Shown one piece after another: positions 28,879 through 41,750 of a stretch of 64,000 nt of DNA. The translations under genes and the position numbers were made by a program. Each line of letters starts with the position of its first letter. The stretch's first letter is position 1. Source of the DNA: Tubulanus polymorphus (taxonomy: Eukaryota; Animalia; Nemertea); assembly GCF_964204645.1 (NCBI RefSeq), contig NC_134029.1:24644534-24708533 (forward strand). The letters run 5' to 3'. The notes below the pieces were generated by a model. It searched no databases. It was given only the letters and a program-made list of their open reading frames with translations, and was not told the DNA's origin.

Positions 28879-29043
28879 TTCTTGTGTAAGGGTTGGAGTG
28901 CGGGTTTCTTGTGTAAGGGTTGGAGTGCGGGTTTCTTGTGTAAGGGTTGGAGTGCGGGTTTCTTGTGTAAGGGTTGGAGTGCGGGTTTCTTGAGTAAGGG
29001 TTGGAGTGCGGGTTTCTTGTGTAAGGGTTGGAGTGCGGGTTTC
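28879..29043. repeat. 27-bp minisatellite x6
   Basis: Unit ttcttgtgtaagggttggagtgcgggt. Confidence 0.95.
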
Positions 29044-32000
29044 ATGTGCCTACTGTTGCACGCGCTGATTTCGAGGTAACGGAAGTGTGAGGGCATTAGA
29101 TACCCTCCTCCTGGCAGTCAGTGATGTTACCGATAGGTTATAAACTCTGTTGTCTCTCTCTCGCTATGAAACCATCATCATCGCGACTGTTTGAAAAATA
29201 CTACATGGAAACTTGATTAATTTAATCTGTCATAGAATGGCTGTTAAATGAATAGCAGCTCGTGTTGGTTTTCATGCTTTTATCCGCGTGTGACATGATC
29301 CAACTCGAGCCTAATGCAACCCTTCAACAGACTGTACAGTCAATGGTAAACTAATATTATCTCTTTGGACCCGGGCGCAGTCGGCGAGCGCAAGAGAGAT
29401 AGAGAGAGAAAGAGAGAAAGAGAGAGAGAGGGAGAGAGAGAGGGGGGAATCTGTCCGACGTAACGCGTTGTAAACAATCCGATAAAACAGGGTTAGGTTG
29501 TTTAAACAGCGGCGGTGGTTATCAACTCATCAGTGAATAGTGCGCAGATCACACACTGATAGAACTACACATTAGTGCTCGATATACCTCTCAACAGCTC
29601 CAGCCAATAGTCTGCCAATAAAGAGAACTTTTTTTACTTACGACTTTCGGACATATCAGATCAAACCCATCCAGTTGAGGTTTCAATCACCAGTTGTCAT
29701 CTGTAGATTATATTCAGTTTCTGTTATAGGTGACTGTGTAGGTTGCGGGAGTGTCATTATAAAGGTCCCTGGAGTGAGCCTTCTGCTTGGTTTCATAGAC
29801 TGAAGTAAATCCTCACTCTGGGTAAGGACAAGCCCCATAGTAACAGTGAGAAACCATGATTGACAAATCTCTTAAATTTTGCCAGCTAAAAAATATTACT
29901 TTGGTCCCATATCTATGAAGCCCAGTCCTGTAATGATATGAGATATCAAACTCTGGGCCGGCCACCGACCTCCATCCCTGAGGATTAAAGTTGGGTACCT
30001 CGATAGACACGAAACAAAGTCTTTTCCATCAGCTATTTCCAAATAACAAGACTCAAGTTAACCTATGCCTTATGGTTAACACTAATACTCGGGCTCACCG
30101 TGATTTCGCTGGTATAAGACGATGTCGCGAGGCAGTTTTTATTCGCTTCACCTGCGTTCAATAAATCTGTACACATAAAATGCATCAGCGGTGACCTGCC
30201 TGCGGATACCGGCGCTGCGGATACCGCAGCCGAGCTCATCAAGTTCAAGAAATGCTAGAAAATTGGCAAAATTAGAGTTACAACGTTGTGTAAGCGTGTG
30301 ACCTAAGTCGATCATAAGCCAGACTAAGTCAGAGTTAATTCGCTGTTTCTCCGATGAAAAGACCCGAGAATTAGAATATAATGACGGCTAATTGACGTTC
30401 GGGGAACGGGGCTAAAATCATTACGCCTTGTTCCTCGTCTTGGCCTTTTGATGTGGAATATGAAATATGGAATCAAAAATGTTGTGGCATGAGGCAAATG
30501 AGACCCGTGCATTGACGTGGAAAGAATTATACCGGGCCGACTACTTTACCGTTATAGAAACCATTATCCGGTAGCCTCGGAGTCGTCTGTGATGTTTGAT
30601 TGAGTATAGCTCATGGCTCTCTCTCCGATACTCGAGCAGCCATACACATTGTTTCACGTGAAATTGATGAAACTTTTGACAATAATAATCAGTATAAGGC
30701 TTGCGCCTGAAGGAACTGCTGGTGAAATAGTTGAACCACTGGAAACGGCTTCACCGCGCGTCACCCTTTAATTATGCGCAAACAATAATATTCCTAGCTC
30801 TTTCTGATCTTGTCTTTTTAATTCAGATTCTTCGATTGCTCGAAATTGATTGAACTTTTTGTAAATCTCAACAATTTGAAATTGAAATCTCAAATTATGT
30901 TGAAATCTCGCAAAATTCTTACAGATTTTATGATAGCCATGAAAAACTACCACCCTCCTCGGTAGGGATTCGAACCTGGCGGCATCGCGAGATAAAGGGT
31001 TAACTTGACCGAGTCTCGCGATGCCATCAGGTTCGAACCTCGGTCGAGAGGAATGCAGCAGGGCCTCCATGCCACTTAGATCGAATCCCAGTCAGGTGGA
31101 AAATGTTAAAACCCACTTATACCGAATACTTAGTAAATCTAAAATTTATGAAAGAATCAAAATTTCGAATGATGTGAAACCTTACAAACTGATGAAATAG
31201 TGTTTACAACACTTGGCTACGTTGATCTTCCAGAGAGTTTCCGGTTGGATGAGAGGACTGTGATATTAAAATGTTGCTATCGGCGGCTAGATTCAGGATA
31301 TTACACACATAGAATTCTTCTGAATCAGAGTTTTCAGTTTTATTAAGTGTTGTTTGATTTATCAATTGCCATGTTAAAGCCTCGAGCAGAAACTATCATT
31401 CTTAAACGACTCGAGTCTCGGCAGTCGTTGGTTCAGTCGGACACAAACAGCGAGATCAATTAGATTCATTTCTTTTATATTCGAAAATATCGTCAGGTTT
31501 TAACTCAGGATCCAGTTTCACAGTTGCGAGTTATGGTTTTTAACTCCGAAAATGCAGCTTATTTTAACTATAAGTTCGAGCTGAACTAAAGCGCTGTATA
31601 GAAAGAACTGCTTCGGTTGTTGAGGGATTTATTTCTCAACAATCAAAACGAATTGGGAATGAACTTCATCTGGTTCTAACGGTTCAACATTTTCTTTTTC
31701 ATTCGCCCTTTTATTCGCTGGTTTCAAATTTACGGAAAATTGAAATTTAAATCATGAATTTTTTAGAAGCCACCACGTGAAGAAATCTCACATTTCTGAG
31801 TATGACTCAATTTTGAATCTTGAAATATGAATTCAACCTCTTTTTCACACTTAATTCTAGTGTCAAATAATCCGAGAGATTATAAATTCAAAGTCACATC
31901 AGTGTCGACGAGGTGTGGACGGGTTGGCGGAAAGAAAAGTCAAATTAAGAATTTTTGAAGCGAAGATTAGACAGTTTTAAATATCAAATTCATAATTCAT

Positions 32001-33205
32001 CGTTAAATCTCGAAACGCTACATCGAATCGAATAAATACATAATGAAAGATTTCTTATTTCTAATCGCTCGTAGAACGGTTCGAACGAGGAAACAAGCTC
32101 TTTATACGAGGTTTAACCCATCAGAAGATGTTCATTGCTAATGTCAACAACTGTGAAAACATAAACGCCTTAAGTTTCACACGATAAGATGCGGGTTAAA
32201 CAGTGAATCGACGCGCCCGGGGTGAGACATTTTCATTAAGAGAAATGAAATCGAAGCCTGATGAAAGTTGCTCGATATAAATCGCCGAGTTCTGTTGCAT
32301 TTTCTGCTCAGTGATTTGATGACACGTTAATATCTCACCGTGTCACTAATACAAGCCGCACATGATGACCGCATTACAACTTACTGGACCGTTATACACG
32401 TCAGTGTTATAGCGGCAATAGTGCAGAATTACTTAAGCCTTTATCATTCTATAGCGAATAGTTTGAATTATTAGCAATTTTACTGGTGATTGATCTAAAG
32501 TCAGAGGTTGGTTTTATCGGGTTGATCTTAGCCTTGTTCTAATTCATAAATCCATTAGTCAAAGGGTTCCTCTGTATCGGGGCCCCATATGTTCATTTAT
32601 TACCGGGTGTTTTGGATTCATGATCCGATGGAATCCGAGTTAGTTGCTGTAACATATCGAAGAGATCAATTGACTTTTCGGATTTCAAATGTAACATTTG
32701 GAAATATGTTTCATGGATTAGAATTGAGTGACAAATTGAATCTATCAGTAGACAGATGACACAAAACACTCTGTCAAACCATCATCAGTTTTTATAACGC
32801 AAACACTTTTTGAATCACGTTCGAAGTGAGAAAAGAAATCATTTTTAGGAATCTGAAGAGTTTAGGAATTGTGTTGCACGTGTAAAGGGCCACTGATATC
32901 TGTGATTCTTCACGTGGAATCCCAATGAACTGCTGAGTGTACGCATAACTAAACGTTAAATAATGTGGTTTATCACTATCTGAAGGGACAGTGTGAGGAA
33001 TGTATGAATATCATTCGATACTGCTGTAATTGTTTATGCTATAAACACCACACTTACAACTAAATAGAGAAAACTAGATTCTGTTGACGAAATCATTCTT
33101 AAACACGATTTAGCAAATTTCTGCCGACTGCTGAATTCGCTGTACATCAAAGATTGTTTTCACTAATACCATTATTTGTACCTGTTTTATATTTGTATTT
33201 TGCAG

Positions 33206-33808
33206 TTATTGGAACATCAGAAACAAGCATCAAAGTATACATCATGGAACTACGACCTGCCGGAAACTAGTTATAAGAAACACTACCCGCAACGAGCATT
33301 GGTCCCCGCTAGACAGCAACAACCATCACGTCAAACCATCAAACCGGTCGGGATGCTGAGGAGTAAAACTACAATGGTCGACAATAAGGGTCGGCCACCT
33401 CCACTCAGATCACCCATTCAGTATTTCACATCGGCGAAAATCAATAACAAGAAAGAGAAGAGAAAAGATGATTTGTTAATAGACTTTTCTGTATTTTCAC
33501 ACCATACAATGTTAGATCAACGTGGTCCATGTATGTCCAGCGATACACGTGGTCCAGGTATGTCCAGCGATACGCGTGGTCCATGTATGTCCTACGATAT
33601 CAATAGTAAAAATACACGGAAAACGAATAAAGACGATAGTTTAGACTCGTTTTCTCGTAGGATACGTCATCATTCTCGTCCTCGTTTACTGGGAAGATGT
33701 AGTGATACGGAATCATCTAGAATCATCACTAATTTACTACCAACTACTCGTGTAAACAACTCGCACTCTATTCATAAACCTGTAGTTAAAGTTTTCTCTA
33801 AGAAATAG
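33206..33808 (+). CDS. RCC1-repeat protein, terminal coding exon F (basic, low complexity)
   Basis: tattttgcag| phase-0 acceptor in the frame of ORF 33176..33808; ends KPVVKVFSKK-TAG. Exons A-F sum to 1760 nt in one open frame. Confidence 0.8.
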   Translation, partial: LLEHQKQASKYTSWNYDLPETSYKKHYPQRALVPARQQQPSRQTIKPVGMLRSKTTMVDNKGRPPPLRSPIQYFTSAKINNKKEKRKDDLLIDFSVFSHHTMLDQRGPCMSSDTRGPGMSSDTRGPCMSYDINSKNTRKTNKDDSLDSFSRRIRHHSRPRLLGRCSDTESSRIITNLLPTTRVNNSHSIHKPVVKVFSKK

Positions 33809-33971
33809 ACACTTTGTCAATTTCATTTGAAAGATATTCCCTTATTTGGTGCTTCGGCTTTTGTTCATTGTTTCTGCCATGTAAATTAAAAGCTTACGAT
33901 ATTTTGCACATTCAATATAAATAGTTGTCATAATGCATTTAGAACCCACTATTATCATAAACTGTTTACCC

Positions 33972-34295
33972 AGAGGTGTGCCCGTGCACCCTGTACTCAG
34001 AGGTGTGCCCGTGCACCCTGTACTCAGAGGTGTGCCCGTGCACCCTGTACTCAGAGGTGTGCCCGTGCACCCTGTACTCAGAGGTGTGCCCGTGCACCCT
34101 GTACTCAGAGGTGTGCCCGTGCACCCTGTACTCAGAGGTGTGCCCGTGCACCCTGTACTCAGAGGTGTGCCCGTGCACCCTGTACTCAGAGGTGTGCCGA
34201 CGGCCCGCGCACCGTGTACCCAGAGGACAGTGTGCCCGCGCACTGTGTACCCAGAAGACAGTGTGCCCGTGCACTGTGTGCCCAGAAGTGTGCCC
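33972..34295. repeat. 27-bp minisatellite (~8.5 perfect copies plus degenerate tail)
   Basis: Unit cagaggtgtgcccgtgcaccctgtact, starting about 165 bp after the RCC1-gene stop. Confidence 0.95.
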
Positions 34296-37200
34296 TGCCC
34301 TCACAACATGGAATACTCAGTAGTGCATTTTGTAGCCGATAAATTATCTTATCTTCTGTGATTTTTAAAGAGCTCTGATGGTTATTTGAGTAGGTGTAAA
34401 ATGTATGCAGTTTAGTTAACATGACTTGGTTTTATTTTGTACATTACATTTTTATTTTGTTTTTGAAAAAAAAAATTGTTTCGTTTCTTTATTTCCTTGT
34501 TTCGCCAGTTTGTGATACTGCATTGACTGACTATTTGGTCTGTTGCTGCTATATCACGCGGTTCAATGAATTATCATTTCCATTTGAAAGCAAATAGTTT
34601 AATTCGATTATTTTCCCATTGGTTTCACCGAACACAGATCTGACACCGGCTGTCCCACTAATCTAATACTCAATATGAAAATCAGATTTATTTTGAATCA
34701 TAAAATTGTGTAAATTGAACTTTGCGGCCCAATGAACATGTTTCAAAGGATCATTTGAGAATATTATCTACACGTTTTTATCAATCTGTAAAATTGCTCG
34801 ATGCTGATGCTGCTGGTGCTGCTGACACTGCTGCTGGTGCTGCTGCTGCTGCCCCTGCCGCTGTTGGTGGCAGTGTTATTGTGGATTTCATATGTACATG
34901 ATTTCAGTGAGATTATACAAAAATACAGTGTTACCTCGTTATTACGAACTTCAGGACACTATTTGGGACGATGCGCCGATGCACACGTGTGACCGGCTCA
35001 AACCTCAGAATCCCATCAATATGCGAGACCACCTGGGCAGCAAACCCTACACTAGTTTTCCATCCCTTAGAACCATTCCAGATCTTTCCTTAAAATATCA
35101 ACTAGGCACAATTTAACAATAGTTCAGGTCCAGAAAGTTCGAATCCGTATCCTGTTACAGTATATACAAATGATACAAAAACTACGGAGTTAAGTGAAAA
35201 TAGATAGGAGAGAAGAGAAGAGAGAGACTAGAGAAGAGAAGAAAGAGACTAGAGAAGCTTCGTGACACTTAGAGACCTGATTGACTAATGTTAATTTTAT
35301 TTGGTTTGATGGGAATGTAAGCACATGTTTCAGATGACCACACAGTGAGTGCGGGCGGTCACTCACTCGCTCACTCATCTCGTTAATGCATTTTGATTAT
35401 TTCTACGATTACCATGCGACGGACAATGAGAGGAATTTATTGCTGAAAAAGTAGCTTTTAGTGTCGATTTCGCGTTAGTAACTCATCGAGCACCGGACTG
35501 GATCCTGCTACAACTCCTCAATACATTCAATCAACATTCTCAACAACTTCTGATTGTCCTGCAGAATTTACCTGTTCAGAATTTCACCTCAAACATATTT
35601 ATTTGAAAATCTATTTTATCAGCAGTCTGTTCTGACTTGATGCCAGGTGAATGTCTTCAGTTCCAGGCCGTATAGATTGTTGTCCACGGTTACGGGCCAC
35701 ACAATCACTAATTACCCAGATTCAGTTCCACAGATTCAAAAGATCTCGATGTAAACTGTTAATCTCTATAGAACTGTGTGCTATGAAGTATTGATACCAG
35801 GTTAGAGGGAGGTGATTTTCTCTGACCGCTTGGTCACGTCTACTTACACAGAGATAATGTATAAATCGTGTTGATTGTGAGAGGAGGCGGCTGAAGCTCT
35901 GAAGCTGTAAGCAGAGTTAATGACTGATAGATAACTGCAGCCCGACTTCTCTCACTCCAATGATCTCAGACGATCGAACTGTAAGCAGGCGTATTGCCGG
36001 GGATCATTAGGTCGTAGAAGCCGCACAATAGAGTCAAACGGCATAAGCCTGACCGAGTCTCCCCCTCGGGTACACACGCTGTCACAGGAATATAAATCGC
36101 AGCCTATTTCTGCGGCTGCGGCGATTTGTATCGCGAGTTTAAATGATAAACGACGTGTTCGAATCTCTTTCAGACCGTATGGCCATTACTCGTAGACGCC
36201 ACGTGGCCTTGAGTAGGACGCGCGACCCGCAACACGCATCATTCTCTATTTTCAAGAAGTTCATCCCATTTTAGATGTTAATGCGCAGTTCGAGTAGCGA
36301 TTTTCGGCTTCAATAAACCGGGCGTTGAAGTGGGTGGTGAAAGCCAAGAGTTCTCGCTGGGCCGGCAGCGTGCAACCACAAAGGCAATTCAGGAATTTTA
36401 ATTAATTCAAAATTCAATTTTTTCGGTTAGTCTGGTTTTGTTTTCTGATACGGTTGAGATCGAGTGTGGTTTTACCGATTGACTGATTTCAATCGTGATC
36501 TTTTGTAACCGGAGTTAATGACAACACTCGGAGGATACATCAGCGAGTGAGGGGGTACATCAGGGGAGAGGGAGGGAGTGGGAGGGAGGGAGTGGGAGGG
36601 GAGACTGAACACCTAAAACATCCCGCAGGAATCTGAGGACAGATCTATAACGATGACGTAATCGCGCACCTTGCTTCAGATTACTGACATGTCAAACTGA
36701 ACCCGTATATATTTCTATCAGCGATAGAGGGGGAGGGGGTGAGGTGCAGGGGTGATGACTATAATCCTTCCCCACACAAACACTTCTTGTGATTCACCTC
36801 GCAGCAGCTTAGCTGTGTATCTAACAAATACGTGGGAATGAAGGAGACCTCGATTCGAATGGGTTAAATATACTTTACTCTCCCCATCATCCATCACCCC
36901 CATACCCCCCCCCTCTTCAATCCTTGACTGGCTGTCAGACCAACTCACTCCTGAACAGAGAGCACCATCACTCGAATTGCTTTTCATTCGAATTGAGAAT
37001 CAGGTGTTCTATGTTCACGATGCTGCTATATCAGTGAGTACTTGCGGGGTTCGAACCCGACCCGATAGAACAATACGAGATGTGGTTGTGTGTAAGGCAT
37101 GGTTGCATACCCTGGTAAATGAAGGCTTGTGTTGAGGTAACGTCTCGGTGACTGCACAGTGCCCTGACACGTGGTTAACACGTGGTTTCCTGTTATTGTT

Positions 37201-39249
37201 AACGATGATGTGTTACATAATGTATGACGCCACGTGGTCACGTGTTTTAATGCGGTTCGCCAAAAACTGTCGAAATAAAACCCGTTAAACTCTAATTGAT
37301 GAGTCCTAGGTTTATAACTTATATTAATATGATTAATAGGATGAAATAAGAGCATTTTAAAATGCTGATTGATAGTTATATATCAGAATCTGAAGTTTAT
37401 TAGGATTGCGATAAAAATTAGAAATTAGAAATTTAAATGGATCATTATAGAATTTTAGATAATCGTCGTATCACTATCTATAATCGCGTTATCGGATTTA
37501 TGCGGTAACAGCATGGTTACCACAGGAGCTATCGGGTTCGAACCCCCCAAAAGGGAGAAATCGAGATCCACACCATTTTATTTTCAGTCGGTGAGATTAA
37601 AATCCTATTCTCTGATTTTAGGGAAATTTAATTTTTGAAACAAAGACACCAAGAATATTGTATGAATCATTGAGTATAGTTTGACGCGTTTGATTTTTAA
37701 ATCGCGTGAGTTTGGACCATTAAACTAAACACATGATCGACTGAACAGCGAAACACAAGCGAATTAACACATGTCATAGTAGAAACTGGAGCGAGCACCA
37801 GAGTAAAACAGATTTCTTTCAAATCTGTCAATTTTGAATTTATTTACATAAATTGCAAACTGAAATTTGTATTCATTAAATTCAGTCTGACGCGGAGTGA
37901 CTGCGCGCGTCGCGCGGTTACATCAATGAGGAATCTTAACCGTCACATTCCTGTTCAAAGCTTCCTCCTCTGAGAGAAAATCAAAACATTGATGATATCT
38001 GATATATCTGATCCTTGCGCAACAACTTTCATATTCCTGAAAACAAGATCGCAATTCAATGAAAATTCTCTTTTCAAAACACCCCGCTCTGCTCTTCGTT
38101 TTAAAATACCTCACTCTCTACTCTTCGTTTTAAAACACCCCGCTCTGCGCCGTGATAAAGTAAAGTTTCACCGCTGAAGCTGCGACATCTCGATACGGCA
38201 GCGTCTAGTGATGCATCATCAGCGAGTAACGTGCGATGTGACGACCGCAACCAATGACAGAGACTCATCCAGCGTCGCTCCGCCTTCAGTTGAAAGGGCT
38301 TGACCCCGAGTATCAGCAACTACACCGCCACACGCGGCTTCTATCGCGCGCTAACATCGCTCCGACACCGCGCTGCGGTTACCAAAAAAAAACATGTCAG
38401 TAAATGCAAGTCCCGTTGATGCTCTATTCGTCGCGGAGTCTGGTAGCAATTGACCTACAAGGGCCTCCACCCCTACCCGCACGCCACTAGGAACATTGTT
38501 AAAACGCATTTATCTTATTGACAGATTCAAAAACGCAAAAACCTCATGCGCGACAAGAGATCACTACTACAACACAGATGGTAATTTGTCGAGAGGGTTG
38601 TTGTCATTGTTTCCAGACAAATCAGTTTAATACGAGGTAAAATAATACGATAGACTGCACCGAATATTACACATGATATAATGGTATACGCATATATATA
38701 TATTTCTAGTCGGTTTTATCACAACAACAGCTCAAGTTGCGTAACACGAATCTCTTAACGTATGTTTCCAGCACATACTTTATCTTAGATCAACCTTTTG
38801 ATATATTCACGTTTATGCATAAACACATCGGTAAAAAAATTTTACGAATAAATTTTGACCTTTTTTTTATTTCGAGTTGTCTCATGTCGCGTATAGGTTT
38901 TTAGACGAAATAAATAAGCGATGAATCATGGAGAAGAGAGCTTGCCTTTTCACTCAGATAGTCGTCTCTCGGCCTTGTGTCAAATCTGTGTTTATTCTAA
39001 ACGTTCTATATAAACCGGTACCGGCGTGTATTTGTATATAGGTTATCTTTCGTCTTTAGAAAAAAAAATCAAACAGTTCAAAAGGAAACGGATAATATAC
39101 ACACAGAAGGCTTGTCGTCGATCGCGCAGTTCAGAGAACGGTTCATGTCTCAGACTGTCTGTAGATTTCTGGATTTATAACATCTCGCTGGTGATGGTGC
39201 GGTGCGGTGTTTGTTACTGATGCCGCTGCCGCCGCTGCTGCTGTTGAAA

Positions 39250-39680
39250 CACGCGCTGTGACGTTCCTACTGGTAATGGCAGCATCCAATTACGCGCCGT
39301 CATAGCAGCCTCCCCTTTCACACCTCCTTGGCTCGCAGGCTGTAACCTGATTGGCCCGTATGACTCACATGACCTATGTTGATGTAGTGCGACCATAGTG
39401 CGCAGGGATACGCTATTCACAGGATGATCAATACGCCAGCCAACCAATGGGATACGAGATCTGTGTTCACTTGCGTTCCCCTCTCGCCTTGAGGTTATGA
39501 CCACTTGGTTCTAATTGTCACTTTCTAATGGGCTTGTTGAACTTGGCTGACATAAGTCGCCTTATATGGTAGGCAGTAGTAACGGTCTGTGCCAGATTCT
39601 CACTGAGTGTCAGAGTTCATACACATGAGCGCTGAGATACCGTTCACAGCGCGCGCTCTGCAGTAAAGTGAACTTAGTTT
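39250..39680 (+). promoter_or_regulatory. COUP-TF proximal promoter / 5' UTR motif cluster
   Basis: Reverse CCAAT (ctgattggc ~39347), AP-1 TGACTCA 39361-39367, CCAAT ~39444, IR0-like AGGTTATGACCA 39492-39503, perfect CArG CCTTATATGG 39560-39569 and DR1 GTGTCA-G-AGTTCA 39607-39619, all within 500 bp of the ATG. Confidence 0.65.
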
Positions 39681-39737
39681 CCGAAGTCAGTCAGTGACAT
39701 TGTGTTTAGTTTGTGAGTGTGGAGTGCTAGGAGTTAG

Positions 39738-40412
<675 letters not shown>

Positions 40413-41219
40413 TAGAAATTCGGATCCTGGAAATTTGTAAAATTCTCCAAATTTAAAAATTACACGATATTATTCTTATTGTTGTGACAGGCATGGTCCA
40501 GTTACTGTCACTTCATCTGGATACAAAAACGGATTTAAAATCGCTATATTTGTAAATGGAAGCGTATATTGAAATGTATATAAATGGTATTTCATATATG
40601 AGTGAATGTTGTATGTGTTGTTATATCAGCTTGTGGTGACTTCAAAAAATCAACGCATAACAGTTCATTTCTATTTAACCTAAATAGACCACAGTTCTCT
40701 ATATATATCTATCTATATACGTGTGTATGTAATATACGCATTACTGGTATTGTTTTCCGAGTTTGTCCCTTATTTTTAAAGATAACAAGAGAATTAATCA
40801 TTGATGGTTGTATAGACTAGAATGTAAATAGCGAGTAGAAGATATCTCTCATGATTTGTACGCTAGATCAGTTCTCTCTCCTCTCTCTCCTCTCTCTCTC
40901 ATCTCTGGTGTGCACGCATCAATCTACTCAATGAATATACTACAAAATACATCCGTATGTTGTTCTATAGTAAAATACATGCGGTTTCTCTTCTCTCTCT
41001 ATTCTCAGTAGAGAGAGTGAGTGAGAGTGAGAGAACGGAAAAAAGACAGCTTGCGCGAGATCTGTGTCGGCATCGAAAACACATGTGCGCCTCTTATCCA
41101 CGATTACGGCTCAAAGTCTGCCGTATAACTTCATGTCACGGCACCATCTTAAAACCCGCAACGAAAATTCTGATGTTTTCAACCGCTAATTTTTTTCGCG
41201 TCATTTTTATATCTTGCAG

Positions 41220-41750
41220 CTGTTCAGCGAGGTCGAATACCACCGACTCAGCATCCCGGTTATCCGGGACCGCTAGCTCTGAACGGCGATCCCACGTTCA
41301 ACGGACATACATACCTTTCCAGTTTCATATCGATGTTACTCAGAGCCGAGCCTTACCCCGTCTATCGATACGGTCAATGTATGCAGCCCAATAATATAAT
41401 GGGCATAGAGAATATATGTGAACTAGCGGCCAGGTTATTATTCAGCGCCGTCGAATGGGCTCGAAATATTCCCTTTTTCCCAGACTTACAAGTGACTGAT
41501 CAAGTAGCGCTATTGCGTCTCAGTTGGAGCGAGCTATTCGTGCTAAACGCAGCCCAGTGTTCGATGCCGCTTCATGTAGCCCCGTTACTGGCCGCTGCCG
41601 GACTACACGCGTCGCCGATAGCCGCGGAAAGAGTCGTCGCGTTTATGGATCATATACGAATATTTCAGGAACAAGTGGAGAAATTAAAGAATCTTCACGT
41701 CGATTCAGCTGAATACAGCTGTTTGAAGGCTATTGTTCTATTTAGTTCTG
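41220..41750 (+). CDS. NR2F: COUP-TF exon 2 (hinge plus LBD)
   Basis: cttgcag| acceptor gives (A)[10 protein letters not shown]...[16 protein letters not shown]...[28 protein letters not shown]...KAIVLFSS; donor |gtgagt at 41751; 531 bp, phase 1-1. Confidence 0.98.
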
